Positions 47,183 to 59,200 of a DNA stretch of 64,000 nucleotides are shown piece by piece (the first letter of the stretch is position 1; each line of letters begins with the position of its first letter). The notes beneath the pieces are model-generated. The model was not told the origin of the DNA, made no database searches, and saw only the letters and a program-made list of their open reading frames with translations. Source of the DNA: a virus; IMG/VR virus record IMGVR_UViG_3300034102_002265, positions 1 to 64,000 of that record. One strand, given 5' to 3'. A program made the translations under genes and the position numbers.

Positions 47183-50100
47183 ATCGTTGCAATAACTCTA
47201 AAATCTCTAATTTTTGGAACAAATGCTGAATTAGTTCCCGACATTAAGATCTTTATCTGGAATCCATTAAACTGCGGTAAATTAACAGCAGTAAATTCAT
47301 AAGAATTGAAATTGTCTTCAGATGTTGAACTTGTTACATTTTTGTCAGGTCTTCCATTATTTTTAGCCGAATTAATGACTTGTAGATTTGCATCCAAGTT
47401 ATCATATCCCGGGAACAACTGCCAAAGTTGAGGTTCTGAAGGAGCATCAGATCTAAAGATTCTATAACATACTCTAATATCATTTGTTGAATGTCTGAAA
47501 GCATCAAAGAACACTTTCAAATTATCAGCAGCCTTATCCAAAATAACAATGTTACTTAGATATGTTGCTGCAGTTGGATCATCTTTCAGAGAATTAACTC
47601 TTGGATCAGTAGAATAGTCTACAACTTTAGAATTAATTCTATTTGCAATAGTAACTAAATTTACTCTATCCAAATCAATCATTGGAGAAACTTTTTCATT
47701 TTGAGTTGATAATGTCAACTCCATAGTGAATGATTTTTTACCAGGGAAACTCGATAGATATGTTTCTTCGTTAACTTGAGAAGAAATAATTCTTGGAGAA
47801 TTAAATTCATTATTGGAATTCAGAGATATATCAACAAATCCTTGATCTAAAAATGGAGTTAAATCACTATCTGGAGTAGATCCACTAAAGGTTCTTACCT
47901 TTGCGGATACAGAGGTTTTTTGTGGTAATAATGTTTGAATATTTGGTCTAATAACGTTAAATGGTATGTTCTGAGTCGCTTTAGGTCCTTTTGGTGATCC
48001 AAGTAATGGAACAATATCATATGACCCACAAGACTTATCATCGTTAAAATATAAAGCAGGATATCCAAGAACATTTCCTGGTGTTCTATCAATACCTCTA
48101 CTACTCATTCCAACCTTAACATAATAATAATCTAAATCAGTTGGATAAGTTACTAAGTTAGTGTCGGATAAATTATGAGTTTTATTTATTCTTCTCAGAG
48201 ATACTCCATTCAGTTCATATTTAAAGATAGGAAATTCAATATCGTATGATCCAGAAATGGTGTCGTCAATGTTTCTAGTTATTCCAATTAGACTATTTGT
48301 AGATGTAACTACTCCAGTGTATTTGATAACTTCATTATCAATTAAAATATATCCGGGATTTACGGAAGATACTGGAACATTCTCAAAGCTTGTAAATATT
48401 CCAACAGAACTTACTGAAATATTACTTGTAGATGTTGAATCATATAAAGCTTTTAATGTTTCAGGTTTTTGATCTGGTTGCATTCCCGAAAGTGCAACTT
48501 TATCAGCCAAAGAATACATTCCGTGATTGTTGTGACTTACTTTAAAATGTAATCCATCAGTCAAATCGGTTATGGTATTTACCGTTGCATTAGAAAGAAG
48601 TGAAGTTCCAGAAGAACCAACATAGTACAGACTATCTACAGTATTTTGATTTAGAGTTCCTTGTACTCTGTCTACTAATAGAGAATTGAAAGAAGAAATA
48701 ATTCCTACATTGTTTGGAATTGTAAGAATTAAATTATTACCAAGTCCGTCTGTTTGGGAATAATTAACTTCTAATGAATCTCCATAAGCGTATCCAGTAC
48801 CTCCAATAGAAACTGTGGCTGCAATAGCAACTCCATTTTGAACACTTAAATTTACTTTGGCCCCAAAACCAAAACCAGTCATGGAAACTAAATCTACATT
48901 GGAATAAGTTTTAAATGTAGATGTAAATGCGGCTCCTGCAGAAGTTACTACTAATGTGCTTCCAATTCCTACAGAACCAACTATACTCTTTAAATTAGAT
49001 CTAAAAGTTTGATTGTTACGTTGCAATATTGGACTTCCGGGGGTTAATCCAGTAACCTCCGTTGAAGTCAGACTCTTCCCTAGTCCAATCAAAGTTGATT
49101 TGGAAATACAATCTAATGGATTAGGTCTTAAAGTTACAATTTGATTATTACCAATATCTAATTTTGGATTATAGAATCTAACTGTAGAAGATCCTGTAAC
49201 AAATTTTGCTCTATAAAGAGTTAGTTTGAGATCTTCTAATTGGCTAGGATCCCATGTAGCACCATTCTGAGACTTAAACATAGATCCTAATAAAGGTTGT
49301 TGCGATACAACTATTTTTTGTGACTCTGGTAGATTCAATGTTGTTACATCTTCCTCACCCATTCTAGAAATCCATACAGTGTATTCATTAGATACTGAAA
49401 GTAATACTACACAATAATCATTTCCACTCTCAAGATAAACTGGAGATGGGAAAGTAAATGTTGTTGGAGTTCTACCATCTTCCGATACATTAACCTGACT
49501 TGGATCTAAGACAACTTCAGCAAAAGGAATAATTGTTGTCGTTGGCAAACCAGTTTGCATGGTTCTGATTTGCATAGTAATTGGTAAACTGTTAGTATCT
49601 TTAGTTCTGAAGAACAAATCACATTTTGTAATAAAAATTCCAGTTTCTTCAGGGACTTCAAAAGACTGTGCAATTGGGTCAACCCATCTGGTTTGAACTA
49701 CAGTACGGTTTATAAAAGTAGTTCCTGCTGTCAGTGCTGTTTCTTGAGAAGTTGAAGTTCTTTCTTCAGTTCTACTAGTTCTCTCAACATTTGCATTCCT
49801 TGTTCTTAAAGTAACCTCTTCAGTATTGTTTATAGTTCCCGATGATCTAAATTTAACATCAGCTATACTATCTGTAGCGCCAATAATTGGTGTATTTGTG
49901 GAACTGGTTGTAAGAGTAAAAGTCTTTGTTCCGGTTTCAAATGATGGAGTAGACTGCAATCTTGAATCGGGGATAAACAATGATCCAATCACAGTGCCAG
50001 AGACATCACTAACTAATCTAACATCCGTTACTTTTGCGACTGCCTTAGAAGTTTCGCCTCTCAGTTGCATGTTTGTAATAATATGTCCATAGAATCCAGA

Positions 50101-53100
50101 AGCAGATTGTAATTCTAGAGAAGCTGTATCAACATTCAATATGGTTGAAGTTGTTGAATAGGATATGGGTATTAGTTGTGTAGGTGAATATGGATTATCA
50201 GTATAAACTTGTTCAGGTTGATTGTATGGTCCGTACTTATGGTTAGCAGTTGACAATCTAAATTTAATTGATGTTGTTCCTACTGTACCAACGACTGTTT
50301 CTCCAACAGTGAAAGTACCACTTTCCATTTGGACTTCAATAAGCTTTGGAACAACATATTTGTTCATATCAACGTTATCAAAAAACGCATAAACTTTTGT
50401 TTTTGGTTTTAATCTTTTTGCTATGAACTCAATATTTCTAGATCTCATTACATGAACAATTTCTGTAGATACAACAGAAGTTCCCAAGTTGACAGAATCT
50501 ATTCTTTCGCCAACTTTATATTGAATACCTTGTCTAGATTGTTGCGAAGTAGTAAGAGTAGTAACATTTGCAAAGGTCAAAAACTGATCTCTGAAAGTTT
50601 GTTCTTCTCTCCACCAATTACCTGTAGATCCAACGAAAGTAGTTCCTTGGAATATAGTATGCACATTTTGTCTGGCAATTTCTTGTCTACCAGTCCAAGT
50701 AGTTTCCCAAGAACCCCAATCTATTGGAGATAACCCAGTATTAGTATCCGCACCAAGAGCTCTTAGTGTAGCTTCATAATTTCCTTCTTGATCGATTGTC
50801 CTTTTTGATCCTCTAGTTTCAATCCAAGTATCCGTTGATGGATTTAATTCGATAGATCCAATCCAGTTAACAACATTAAATGGGTTGACATTTTCAACTC
50901 TAGTTGCAAAAGTATTCTTTAAAAATACTTCATCACTATACTTTAAACAAACAACATCGCCAACTTTAACTGTATTTGGATTTCCTAAATCTTTTACAAA
51001 CCTTAAATCAGCATCTGGATTTGAAATATTAGATATTCCCGTTACAGATTCTGATCCTAAAAGAAGATCTATTGAAGTGGTGTAATGTTGAGGTCTAAGT
51101 AATCCTTCTATGGTATCAATACTACACTTATGTTGAGAATCACCCAAGGATCCTGAACGTATTGATTTAAAATTATCTACAAGAAAACCACATTTAAATC
51201 TATCTAACTGAGTTTGTGAATCTCTTAAAGATAGATTCTTAGTATCAGTCTCTAAGAGAGATAGTGAAGTATAGTATTCAATATTTCTTATTCTATCTTC
51301 AAGTCTTGCAATATCTTGCATCCTATAACGTTTGTGTGAGGACAATTTAACGATTACATCCTTAACGTTATAAACATATGGACTCATGGAAATAGTAGCT
51401 ACTTCCATAGCATTTTCAATATTATTTGGAGCAATTGGAGTTTGTGATGCTACTCCTTTTGTAACAAAAAATTCTCCATATCGGTTAAGATATAATTTAT
51501 CAATTCTACCAAGATAGTAAGAATATGATAAAAATAGGTCCTTATCTTTAGCAAAATTATATGGACTAGAATTTGTTGCAGGTAAAAACTTTCTTGAATC
51601 AAATTCAAACGGAGAAAACGGAGTTAAAGTACTATTATATGGGCTAACTCTAGGTCTTAAGTCTACAATATCGCTTGCTCTATAATAAGAAATTCTTGGC
51701 AAGTCTTGTGAGTATCTTTCACGTTCATATGAACTAACAGTTACGAAGTCTCCCGTATCGTTAGGATCTATGTAGTAATAATCATATATTATTTTTAACC
51801 TCTTTGTTGGCGAAGTTACGCCAGACTTTCTTCTCAAAGAAGAATAGTCAACTATTTCCAAAGTTTGACCATTATCAAAAAGAAAATCAGTCATTATATT
51901 TCTATCGCCTTCTATTAAAGCGCTTATTCTTGCACTAACATTTGACTCCCCAAATAGGATTTTTTCGCCTTTAATAAAAGCATTTTCATTAATATATACA
52001 AATTCTAATTGATTTGTTCCGTTAGTTGCAACAAACTTTGCTATTGCATTACTCGATTGTCCATAAATTATCTCACCTTTAATTGCATTCAAAATATTTG
52101 CATTTAAATCAACAACTTCCAATCTTGGTAACTCAGCATCATTAGAATCTGAAGATTCAAAAACACCTGCAACGAAGATTACATCGGGTACATTTAACGA
52201 TATTCTGGAGTCTTGCACTCTTGTGCCATAATATGGACTATATGTTAGTCCATCATTGAGAGTTGTGCTACCTATTCCAGATGAACGAGTACTAGAATTC
52301 CTGATATCTAAAACTGCACATCTATTAAAAATTTTCTTCCTTGATTTTAATCTTCTTTTTCTTAAAGTGACCGTTAATGTTGCAGAACCATTTTTACTTA
52401 AATTAACTAATGTTAAAGTTCTTCCTGAGGTAATCGTAAATTGACTGGAAGTTAATGTTTCAACAGTACCATCAGAGAACACTAAAGAATAGTCTTCCTC
52501 ATCAAATGTCTCTAAAGTGATATTAGTATCACTTTCTAAAGTCGCTGTCAAACCATTAGATGCAACGGTTACAGAATATGATTTTCTATAAACTATTTCA
52601 GCATCAGAAACATCAACGCTTGCAACATTTTGATTTTGCAGTTCGGCGAATAAAAATGATTGTTTGTTATTTAATAATGTAGAAACTCCTTTAAACAATC
52701 CACTCGTAGTTGTTGTGCTTGCGGGTAATCCTCCACTATTGATGCCAGAAACACTTGTGGTTGCTTCAATAGTTATAGATTTTGCAGAAACACTTACAGA
52801 AGTAACTCTATTGTAAGTAGGTAATATTTCCCCAGACTTAGTATAAACAAAAATGTCTCCAGTGTTAATCCCTACCCCAAAAGTTGAGGATGATGTTGTT
52901 ACAGTGCTTATTCCCCCAGAGCCTGCAGAGATGGTAAAAGTAGTTCCTTGTGGTGCAATAGGAACTCCTACAGATATTGCAGTGTCTGCAGTAAAAGATG
53001 TTGTAGTTCCAACATATCCAACTAGTTGTCTTATATCTCCCAGATCATAATCCCTAACACTAACTATTGTTCTGGAAATATCTTGACCATCAATTTTTAA

Positions 53101-54663
53101 TTGTTCACCTACAATAAAATCTCCAGAAGTTTGATATAGTACCAATTGATTGCTATTTGTAACAGATGACGATAAATATCCAGATGCAGAACTATTTTTA
53201 CCCTCAACAAACGATGGTTTGGATAGGGTTATGGTAGTATTTAATGTCAAATATGTATAAGTTTGTACATCATAAACCGATGCTTCAAAAGGAGTAGAAG
53301 AATTGGAATATGCAGTATTTTTTAATTTTAAATCATAAATCCTAGCTACTCCTACTGGAATTCCAGAAGGAAGACCTGGTGTTGCAGTTCTTTTTGAATA
53401 TAATGTTACTTGACTAGTTGAACCAAATCCAACAGGAACTGATCCATAAACATTATTAACTTCTACTTGGTTACCTAAACTAAAAGGAACAGTTACGTCG
53501 TTAACAGTTGTTGTAGTTCTGGGTTTTTCCAGATCTGCATTTACTGTTACAAGAGTTTCTACTTCGTATCCTTTGACATATGCTTTTCCTGGAGAAATTT
53601 GCAATGTCAATAGGTCGTCTGAAGGGGTACTTCCTTGTTTAGTTAATTGACCTAAATTATAAACACCATTATTTCCTATTTTGTCATTTAATGATTCTTT
53701 TGGAACAACTCTGAATGGGGTTACATAATAATCTCCAGACTCATCGGTTGTTCTTCTTGCTAACTCATCTGTTATTAGAGAGGGAATATCTTCTTTTTTA
53801 AGAATTCTCTTAATATTTCCATTTTCAATCCTCAATAACTCAATAAAGTTCTCATCATTAAAATCATTTAAAGATTTTTTTATTAAAGTTGTTACAATTC
53901 GAAGTCTGTCTGCTCCAGGAGCAGCAAAGTTTGAAAATCCCCTAGCATTATCAAATAAATCAGAATTTTCTTGGGAAGGTACGGCTATATCTTCAAAAAT
54001 AGATAGTCCAATTCTATAGGATGGTAAATTTGAATATTGATCTAATATTACTGTTTGAGGAAAAACGTCTACAAAAAATCCCCTTATGAAATAAACACCT
54101 GATTCTATTTTTGCTGCAGATCCTGTTGCAGTTGAATTGGATATAATTGTAGTTGCAAATGATGATTCTAGTCTAATAACACCTAATCCATAATCAATAT
54201 TTTCTAGAACGATTAAATTTTCTCCATCAATAAAAGTACTACGAGTAAAATCAGTTTCACTAGAACTTTGGTACTTTATATACAAAGTAAAGCTATCATT
54301 TTCAGATTCTTCACTAGTAATATAATTTTCAATCTTAGCAAATACTCCACTCGATTCGCCTTTTATTTGTTTACCAATCAAATATGACAAATAAGTTATT
54401 ACTGGAATACTTAAGTGAGTTGGGTCAATTTGAACACAAGTATATTCTGAATCATATGCAATATTTCCGGGAATTACTACAGATCCTTCTTTGAAAAAGT
54501 GTTTACCAAATTTTTCAACCTGATTCTGTAGAATAGATTGTAGTGTTGTTAGTTCTCTTGCTTGAATTGGAGTTCCTGGCTTAAATAAAACTCTTTGATA
54601 ATTTTTTGTTGGATCAAAATCATCAAAATATGGAGATGTATTTAAATTAGTGTTTTGTGCCAT
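47179..54663 (-). CDS. Giant structural protein, VrlC/DUF4815 type (2494 aa)
   Basis: NLNTSPYFDDFD, VLFKPG.PIQARELT.LQ, APGADR, RRTTDESGDY, RYRMQDI..LE.RI, DPIAQSF, GSMFKSQNG.TW. Confidence 0.9.
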   Translation of the reverse strand: MAQNTNLNTSPYFDDFDPTKNYQRVLFKPGTPIQARELTTLQSILQNQVEKFGKHFFKEGSVVIPGNIAYDSEYTCVQIDPTHLSIPVITYLSYLIGKQIKGESSGVFAKIENYITSEESENDSFTLYIKYQSSSETDFTRSTFIDGENLIVLENIDYGLGVIRLESSFATTIISNSTATGSAAKIESGVYFIRGFFVDVFPQTVILDQYSNLPSYRIGLSIFEDIAVPSQENSDLFDNARGFSNFAAPGADRLRIVTTLIKKSLNDFNDENFIELLRIENGNIKRILKKEDIPSLITDELARRTTDESGDYYVTPFRVVPKESLNDKIGNNGVYNLGQLTKQGSTPSDDLLTLQISPGKAYVKGYEVETLVTVNADLEKPRTTTTVNDVTVPFSLGNQVEVNNVYGSVPVGFGSTSQVTLYSKRTATPGLPSGIPVGVARIYDLKLKNTAYSNSSTPFEASVYDVQTYTYLTLNTTITLSKPSFVEGKNSSASGYLSSSVTNSNQLVLYQTSGDFIVGEQLKIDGQDISRTIVSVRDYDLGDIRQLVGYVGTTTSFTADTAISVGVPIAPQGTTFTISAGSGGISTVTTSSSTFGVGINTGDIFVYTKSGEILPTYNRVTSVSVSAKSITIEATTSVSGINSGGLPASTTTTSGLFKGVSTLLNNKQSFLFAELQNQNVASVDVSDAEIVYRKSYSVTVASNGLTATLESDTNITLETFDEEDYSLVFSDGTVETLTSSQFTITSGRTLTLVNLSKNGSATLTVTLRKRRLKSRKKIFNRCAVLDIRNSSTRSSGIGSTTLNDGLTYSPYYGTRVQDSRISLNVPDVIFVAGVFESSDSNDAELPRLEVVDLNANILNAIKGEIIYGQSSNAIAKFVATNGTNQLEFVYINENAFIKGEKILFGESNVSARISALIEGDRNIMTDFLFDNGQTLEIVDYSSLRRKSGVTSPTKRLKIIYDYYYIDPNDTGDFVTVSSYERERYSQDLPRISYYRASDIVDLRPRVSPYNSTLTPFSPFEFDSRKFLPATNSSPYNFAKDKDLFLSYSYYLGRIDKLYLNRYGEFFVTKGVASQTPIAPNNIENAMEVATISMSPYVYNVKDVIVKLSSHKRYRMQDIARLEDRIRNIEYYTSLSLLETDTKNLSLRDSQTQLDRFKCGFLVDNFKSIRSGSLGDSQHKCSIDTIEGLLRPQHYTTSIDLLLGSESVTGISNISNPDADLRFVKDLGNPNTVKVGDVVCLKYSDEVFLKNTFATRVENVNPFNVVNWIGSIELNPSTDTWIETRGSKRTIDQEGNYEATLRALGADTNTGLSPIDWGSWETTWTGRQEIARQNVHTIFQGTTFVGSTGNWWREEQTFRDQFLTFANVTTLTTSQQSRQGIQYKVGERIDSVNLGTSVVSTEIVHVMRSRNIEFIAKRLKPKTKVYAFFDNVDMNKYVVPKLIEVQMESGTFTVGETVVGTVGTTSIKFRLSTANHKYGPYNQPEQVYTDNPYSPTQLIPISYSTTSTILNVDTASLELQSASGFYGHIITNMQLRGETSKAVAKVTDVRLVSDVSGTVIGSLFIPDSRLQSTPSFETGTKTFTLTTSSTNTPIIGATDSIADVKFRSSGTINNTEEVTLRTRNANVERTSRTEERTSTSQETALTAGTTFINRTVVQTRWVDPIAQSFEVPEETGIFITKCDLFFRTKDTNSLPITMQIRTMQTGLPTTTIIPFAEVVLDPSQVNVSEDGRTPTTFTFPSPVYLESGNDYCVVLLSVSNEYTVWISRMGEEDVTTLNLPESQKIVVSQQPLLGSMFKSQNGATWDPSQLEDLKLTLYRAKFVTGSSTVRFYNPKLDIGNNQIVTLRPNPLDCISKSTLIGLGKSLTSTEVTGLTPGSPILQRNNQTFRSNLKSIVGSVGIGSTLVVTSAGAAFTSTFKTYSNVDLVSMTGFGFGAKVNLSVQNGVAIAATVSIGGTGYAYGDSLEVNYSQTDGLGNNLILTIPNNVGIISSFNSLLVDRVQGTLNQNTVDSLYYVGSSGTSLLSNATVNTITDLTDGLHFKVSHNNHGMYSLADKVALSGMQPDQKPETLKALYDSTSTSNISVSSVGIFTSFENVPVSSVNPGYILIDNEVIKYTGVVTSTNSLIGITRNIDDTISGSYDIEFPIFKYELNGVSLRRINKTHNLSDTNLVTYPTDLDYYYVKVGMSSRGIDRTPGNVLGYPALYFNDDKSCGSYDIVPLLGSPKGPKATQNIPFNVIRPNIQTLLPQKTSVSAKVRTFSGSTPDSDLTPFLDQGFVDISLNSNNEFNSPRIISSQVNEETYLSSFPGKKSFTMELTLSTQNEKVSPMIDLDRVNLVTIANRINSKVVDYSTDPRVNSLKDDPTAATYLSNIVILDKAADNLKVFFDAFRHSTNDIRVCYRIFRSDAPSEPQLWQLFPGYDNLDANLQVINSAKNNGRPDKNVTSSTSEDNFNSYEFTAVNLPQFNGFQIKILMSGTNSAFVPKIRDFRVIATI

Positions 54664-54668
54664 TTCTA

Positions 54669-56264
54669 TTAGAACTCCAGTACAATTTTAATGTCTTCTT
54701 TTTGGTTAGCTGATCTTGGAATTGGTTGTCTATTATCCAAATAGATAATATCACCGGACTTTTTATTATATTCAGCAGAAGAAATGCCAGCTACAAACTC
54801 TTGACCTAACTGATATATTCTATTATTTATTGTGGTACTTACCCCACTAAAATTAGAATTAATTGATAATGTTGGGCCAATGATGGATGAACAATTAATT
54901 GTTAATCCATATCCAACATCTGGATTGGAAGTGAATGGAATGATTTTAAATCCGGTTTCACTTGAACCTAACCCAGTCGGTTGATAATATTTTAAAACAC
55001 CAGTTATTGAATCCCAAGAGGATACAAATCCAATTGCAGTAGAACCTAGTCCAACAGTCTGTTTAATTACAGAGTCCACACCATACGTTGTATTAGTTGT
55101 AACTCCAGATAGTTTTAAAGCATTTAGTCCACTAACCAAAGATGCATCTAACAGTTGATTACTACTTCCAACAATAGTTGGATTTTTCAAAATTCCAACT
55201 CTAGCGAAATCATTTCCCAAAATAATATCTGGGTTACTTTCTAGAGTTTCATATCTAGAGTATAACAATACTCTGTATGCGCCTAATTCTCGATAAACAT
55301 CGTACCCATGACCACCTTTTGGTGGAATAATAACATTAAAAGAAGATATGGATGTACTTCCTATTCCAGTATTACTCAATTGACGAAGAGGACCATCAAT
55401 TTCAGATCCAGGAGCTCCTGGATAAAACTGAATTGTCCCATAAGTATATCCTTTTCCCCCATCAGTAACAAAAATTTCAGAAACTTTTCCAAAAGAATCA
55501 ATAGTTATTGTAGCTTTTCCACCAGAACCATCTCCCAAAATTGGAACATTTGAAAAAGATGTTGAAATTGGTTGATAATTCGAACCTCTATTATTAATCA
55601 ATATGACTTCGATTTTACCATCAATTGCGTTATTTTTTGTGGATATTGATTCTCCGGTATTTCCCCAATTTTCTGGTACTGGAATAAATTCAATAGAATC
55701 AAACTTAACGATTTCAGAAGGTTTAATAGTGTACAAATATTTCCAGATATACCCATCACCACTAGCGCCAGCTGCTCTGGGTTCTAGGTCAATAAAAGTT
55801 GGTTGATCAAAAGATGGTCTTCCTTTGGGATTTTCTGGGTCAGTTCCATTTTGTAAACATATATAAACTCGCAAATCTTCATTTATTACATAATAATTTG
55901 CTTCATATAGACTCGTTTGAGAGGTAACAGAAGTTACATTAAAGACATTATAATCATGCCTGTACATTTCATAAGTATTTCCCGCAACCCAAGTGACTTT
56001 TCTAACAAGTCTTCTTACATCTTGACTTGCAATTTGTTTCAAAGATATAATGCTTTCCTTAACCTGAAACTCTTCCTTAAATCCATCTAAAGGAGATGGA
56101 GTATTTGAAACCCAAGTTGGAGATCCCCCAGCAGCTGGATTATTACTATTAGGAAGTCCTATAAAAGTATAATATTTGTTTGAAGTATCACCTACTCCAG
56201 AAACACTTTTTACAAAGTTATCTGCATTTAAGATTCTAAATTGATCTGATATTATAGCGGGCAT
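54669..56264 (-). CDS. gp8: Baseplate wedge subunit gp8
   Basis: MPAIISDQFRILNA, YEMYRHDY, VYICLQNG, DGYIWKYLYTI, GDIIYLDNR, QKEDIKIVLEF. Confidence 0.92.
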   Translation of the reverse strand: MPAIISDQFRILNADNFVKSVSGVGDTSNKYYTFIGLPNSNNPAAGGSPTWVSNTPSPLDGFKEEFQVKESIISLKQIASQDVRRLVRKVTWVAGNTYEMYRHDYNVFNVTSVTSQTSLYEANYYVINEDLRVYICLQNGTDPENPKGRPSFDQPTFIDLEPRAAGASGDGYIWKYLYTIKPSEIVKFDSIEFIPVPENWGNTGESISTKNNAIDGKIEVILINNRGSNYQPISTSFSNVPILGDGSGGKATITIDSFGKVSEIFVTDGGKGYTYGTIQFYPGAPGSEIDGPLRQLSNTGIGSTSISSFNVIIPPKGGHGYDVYRELGAYRVLLYSRYETLESNPDIILGNDFARVGILKNPTIVGSSNQLLDASLVSGLNALKLSGVTTNTTYGVDSVIKQTVGLGSTAIGFVSSWDSITGVLKYYQPTGLGSSETGFKIIPFTSNPDVGYGLTINCSSIIGPTLSINSNFSGVSTTINNRIYQLGQEFVAGISSAEYNKKSGDIIYLDNRQPIPRSANQKEDIKIVLEF

Positions 56265-56297
56265 TTTAGAACATACTTTTTTTTATTTAGTTGCATT

Positions 56298-59200
56298 TTA
56301 CTTACTTATTACACTTCTGGTCCTTATAATTTTTGGAGAAGAAGAAATTCCAGAAATCCCATTATCATTAAAAACTTCAAAAGTCTTTGGATTGCCTAAG
56401 ATTCTATTTTGGTAATCATAAATTTTAGCCCAACTATATTTTCCATAATAATTATTTGTTCCAACTCCAGTATTATTTAAACCTCTTGTATAAACTTTGA
56501 CATAATTATCAACCATAGGAGCAAAATTACAAGTAACGGTAACAATACCAACTGATGGTGTGGTTACGTCTTCTACAATATAAATTCCATCTATAAAAGA
56601 TTTTGCTATACCAATTTTAGAATTCGGATAGTTACTCATACCACCAAGAAGTGTAGTAATTCCTACTAAGTCTCCACCAGTTTCAACATTACTATCGGTA
56701 ATGACAAAATAATCACCTTTAGATAATTGACTATTGAGAACTCCAAAAATATTGAGAGATGAATACCCAATACCTAAAGTACTATTATCATATTGTTCGG
56801 ATTTTAGTGTAAAAGAAATTTTTGGAGACGTTGTTCCAATTCCGGGAGTTCCGGAAATATATGTTGTGACCCCAATAATAACTCCGTGATCACCAGTAAC
56901 TTTGAATGATTTAATTAATTCAGTATTATAACTATCTGGTTCTATTATTACTGGTGGGGGATTATTTAAATCATAACCAAATCCACCATTAATAATCTGT
57001 ATTGAAGTAACAACTCCAGAAGTTACACTGGAAATCGCCTCAGCCCTGTTATAAATGGGTTCTGCATATATCGCAGTAGCTCCAGATCCTATGGCAACAT
57101 ATCTTCCATCTGAACCAAGATTATCAACAAATACTAAACTATTGATAAAATTCGATTGTGATGTTGATCGATAAATCCAATTGCTCAAATCAAATGAATA
57201 GTATAAATCACCCAAAGCTGTAATAATTACATAGAAACCATAGTTATAATAAATGTTTGTTATGTTTACAATTCCAAGATTATTTGAAACGATTTCATAA
57301 GAAGTTCGATCTATTGATCTAATGACTACACCATAATCCCCAACAGCAACATATTTCCCATCAACATAAATTACCTTATTTAAATTAGTAATTACTGGAG
57401 AACTTACAAATTCCCAAATATTACCATCATTCGAAGTTCTAATTACTCCATCATCACCAACAGAAACAAAATATTCAGCTCCAAAAGCCACACTATTCAA
57501 ATCAGATAAAGTTTCAGAATATCTACTGACAAATGAATCAGTACCTACTCCTGTTCCTACAAATATTGATCCAGCTGCACCTACTGTAACCCAAGTATTT
57601 GTAATACTAGAATATGCAATTTCATTAAATGTTCCGGTATATCCACTACTTACTCTATTGACCGCTCCAAAACCAGGAATTGAAACATCTTCTTGTAACG
57701 GAATCTGTGTCCATGGAGATATTACATTTCCATAATCTGTGGCTTTTATTATTTGTCCAAGATTTCCTACGGAAAGTAAGAAATTACTTGTTCCAACCCC
57801 AACTACTTCAAGTGAATTGAAATTAGAAGACTGACCAAATCCAACTGTAGAAACTTGCCAATTTATTCCATCAAAACTTGTAGAATATACTGAGTTGTTC
57901 CCGACAGAAATAAATTTATTTTTATACTTAATAGATTTCAAATCATATGAAGTTGATAATCCAATAGAACCACTCCAATTAAAAATAGGATCTTTTCTAA
58001 TAATTAAAGACTCGGAAACAATTACTTTAGGTGATTGTGTATTAGCATATCCTACCCCTCCATCATTAATAGTAATTGATGAAATTGTAGATGATGTTGA
58101 TACTACACATTGACCTAGAGATTCCTGAATGGATCTATTTTCTAATACTAATACATCTCTTATATCTTCAGGGAGAGAGTCTAAATCTGAGAATAGTGGA
58201 TATGCATTGTCAACATATATTACAGTGTCTGTAGGTTCGATTTTCTTAATGATAGTTGCAGATGGTTTAACACTACTCTGTAGATTTGGTCTAGATTTAG
58301 AATATAAAGAACCATTGATAACAGTATCATTAAGTTGTTTTTTCCAAGTAAGAGGTCTAATTTTTGTTGGGTCTGTAATAATACCAACAGAATAATAATT
58401 AAAAGTTTCAAATTGATCAGCAGCTGTAATTTTTTTAACAACTCTATCAAATTGAGAGATATCAAATAAATCTTCAGGATTCTCCTGTATTATTATACTA
58501 TCTCCCGGTTTAATTGTTTTAGGTGGATCAATTAACTCAACATCAATTGAAGAACCTCTATAATATAGAATAACACACTTGGATCCTGCTTTTGGTGGTT
58601 CAGTAAATATTACTCTACTTCCAGAAAACTTATATGATACATTAGGAACTTGTAAAATATCATTTACGTATATAAAAATGTTATTAGTTATATCCAAATC
58701 AGTTCCATCGGGAACCCTCAATCCTAAAACTTGTTTTACGCCATTTAAAGTAGTTGTAAGTGTAAATTTCTTTGTAAATCCATTGAAGAATTCTGAGATA
58801 TCATCAAATTGTACAAATTGTCCAGGATAGAATCCATAGAAACTATCAGTCTCCACCTCTTCAACTGTTAGTACAAGGGGTTGGAAACTTAGTGATGGAT
58901 CAGTTACTATTCCGATAGGGGTAAGTTTATCCCCAACTTTATATCCAATTCCGGATTCATCAAACTTGTATGTTATTACACTTGATCCCATACCAACTTC
59001 AACTGTAAGTTTTGCTTTTTGGCCAACTCCAGAAGTTCCACCAGTATAACCTAAACTTAGATTACTATATCCTGTTGGGATTCCAATTGCAACTTCTGGT
59101 CTTGAAGTAGTTGTATATCCAGATCCAGCATTAATAATAGTAAACCCAGAAATTGTACCTGCAGCACTTACTGTAGCCACAACACTTGCACCAAATCCAA

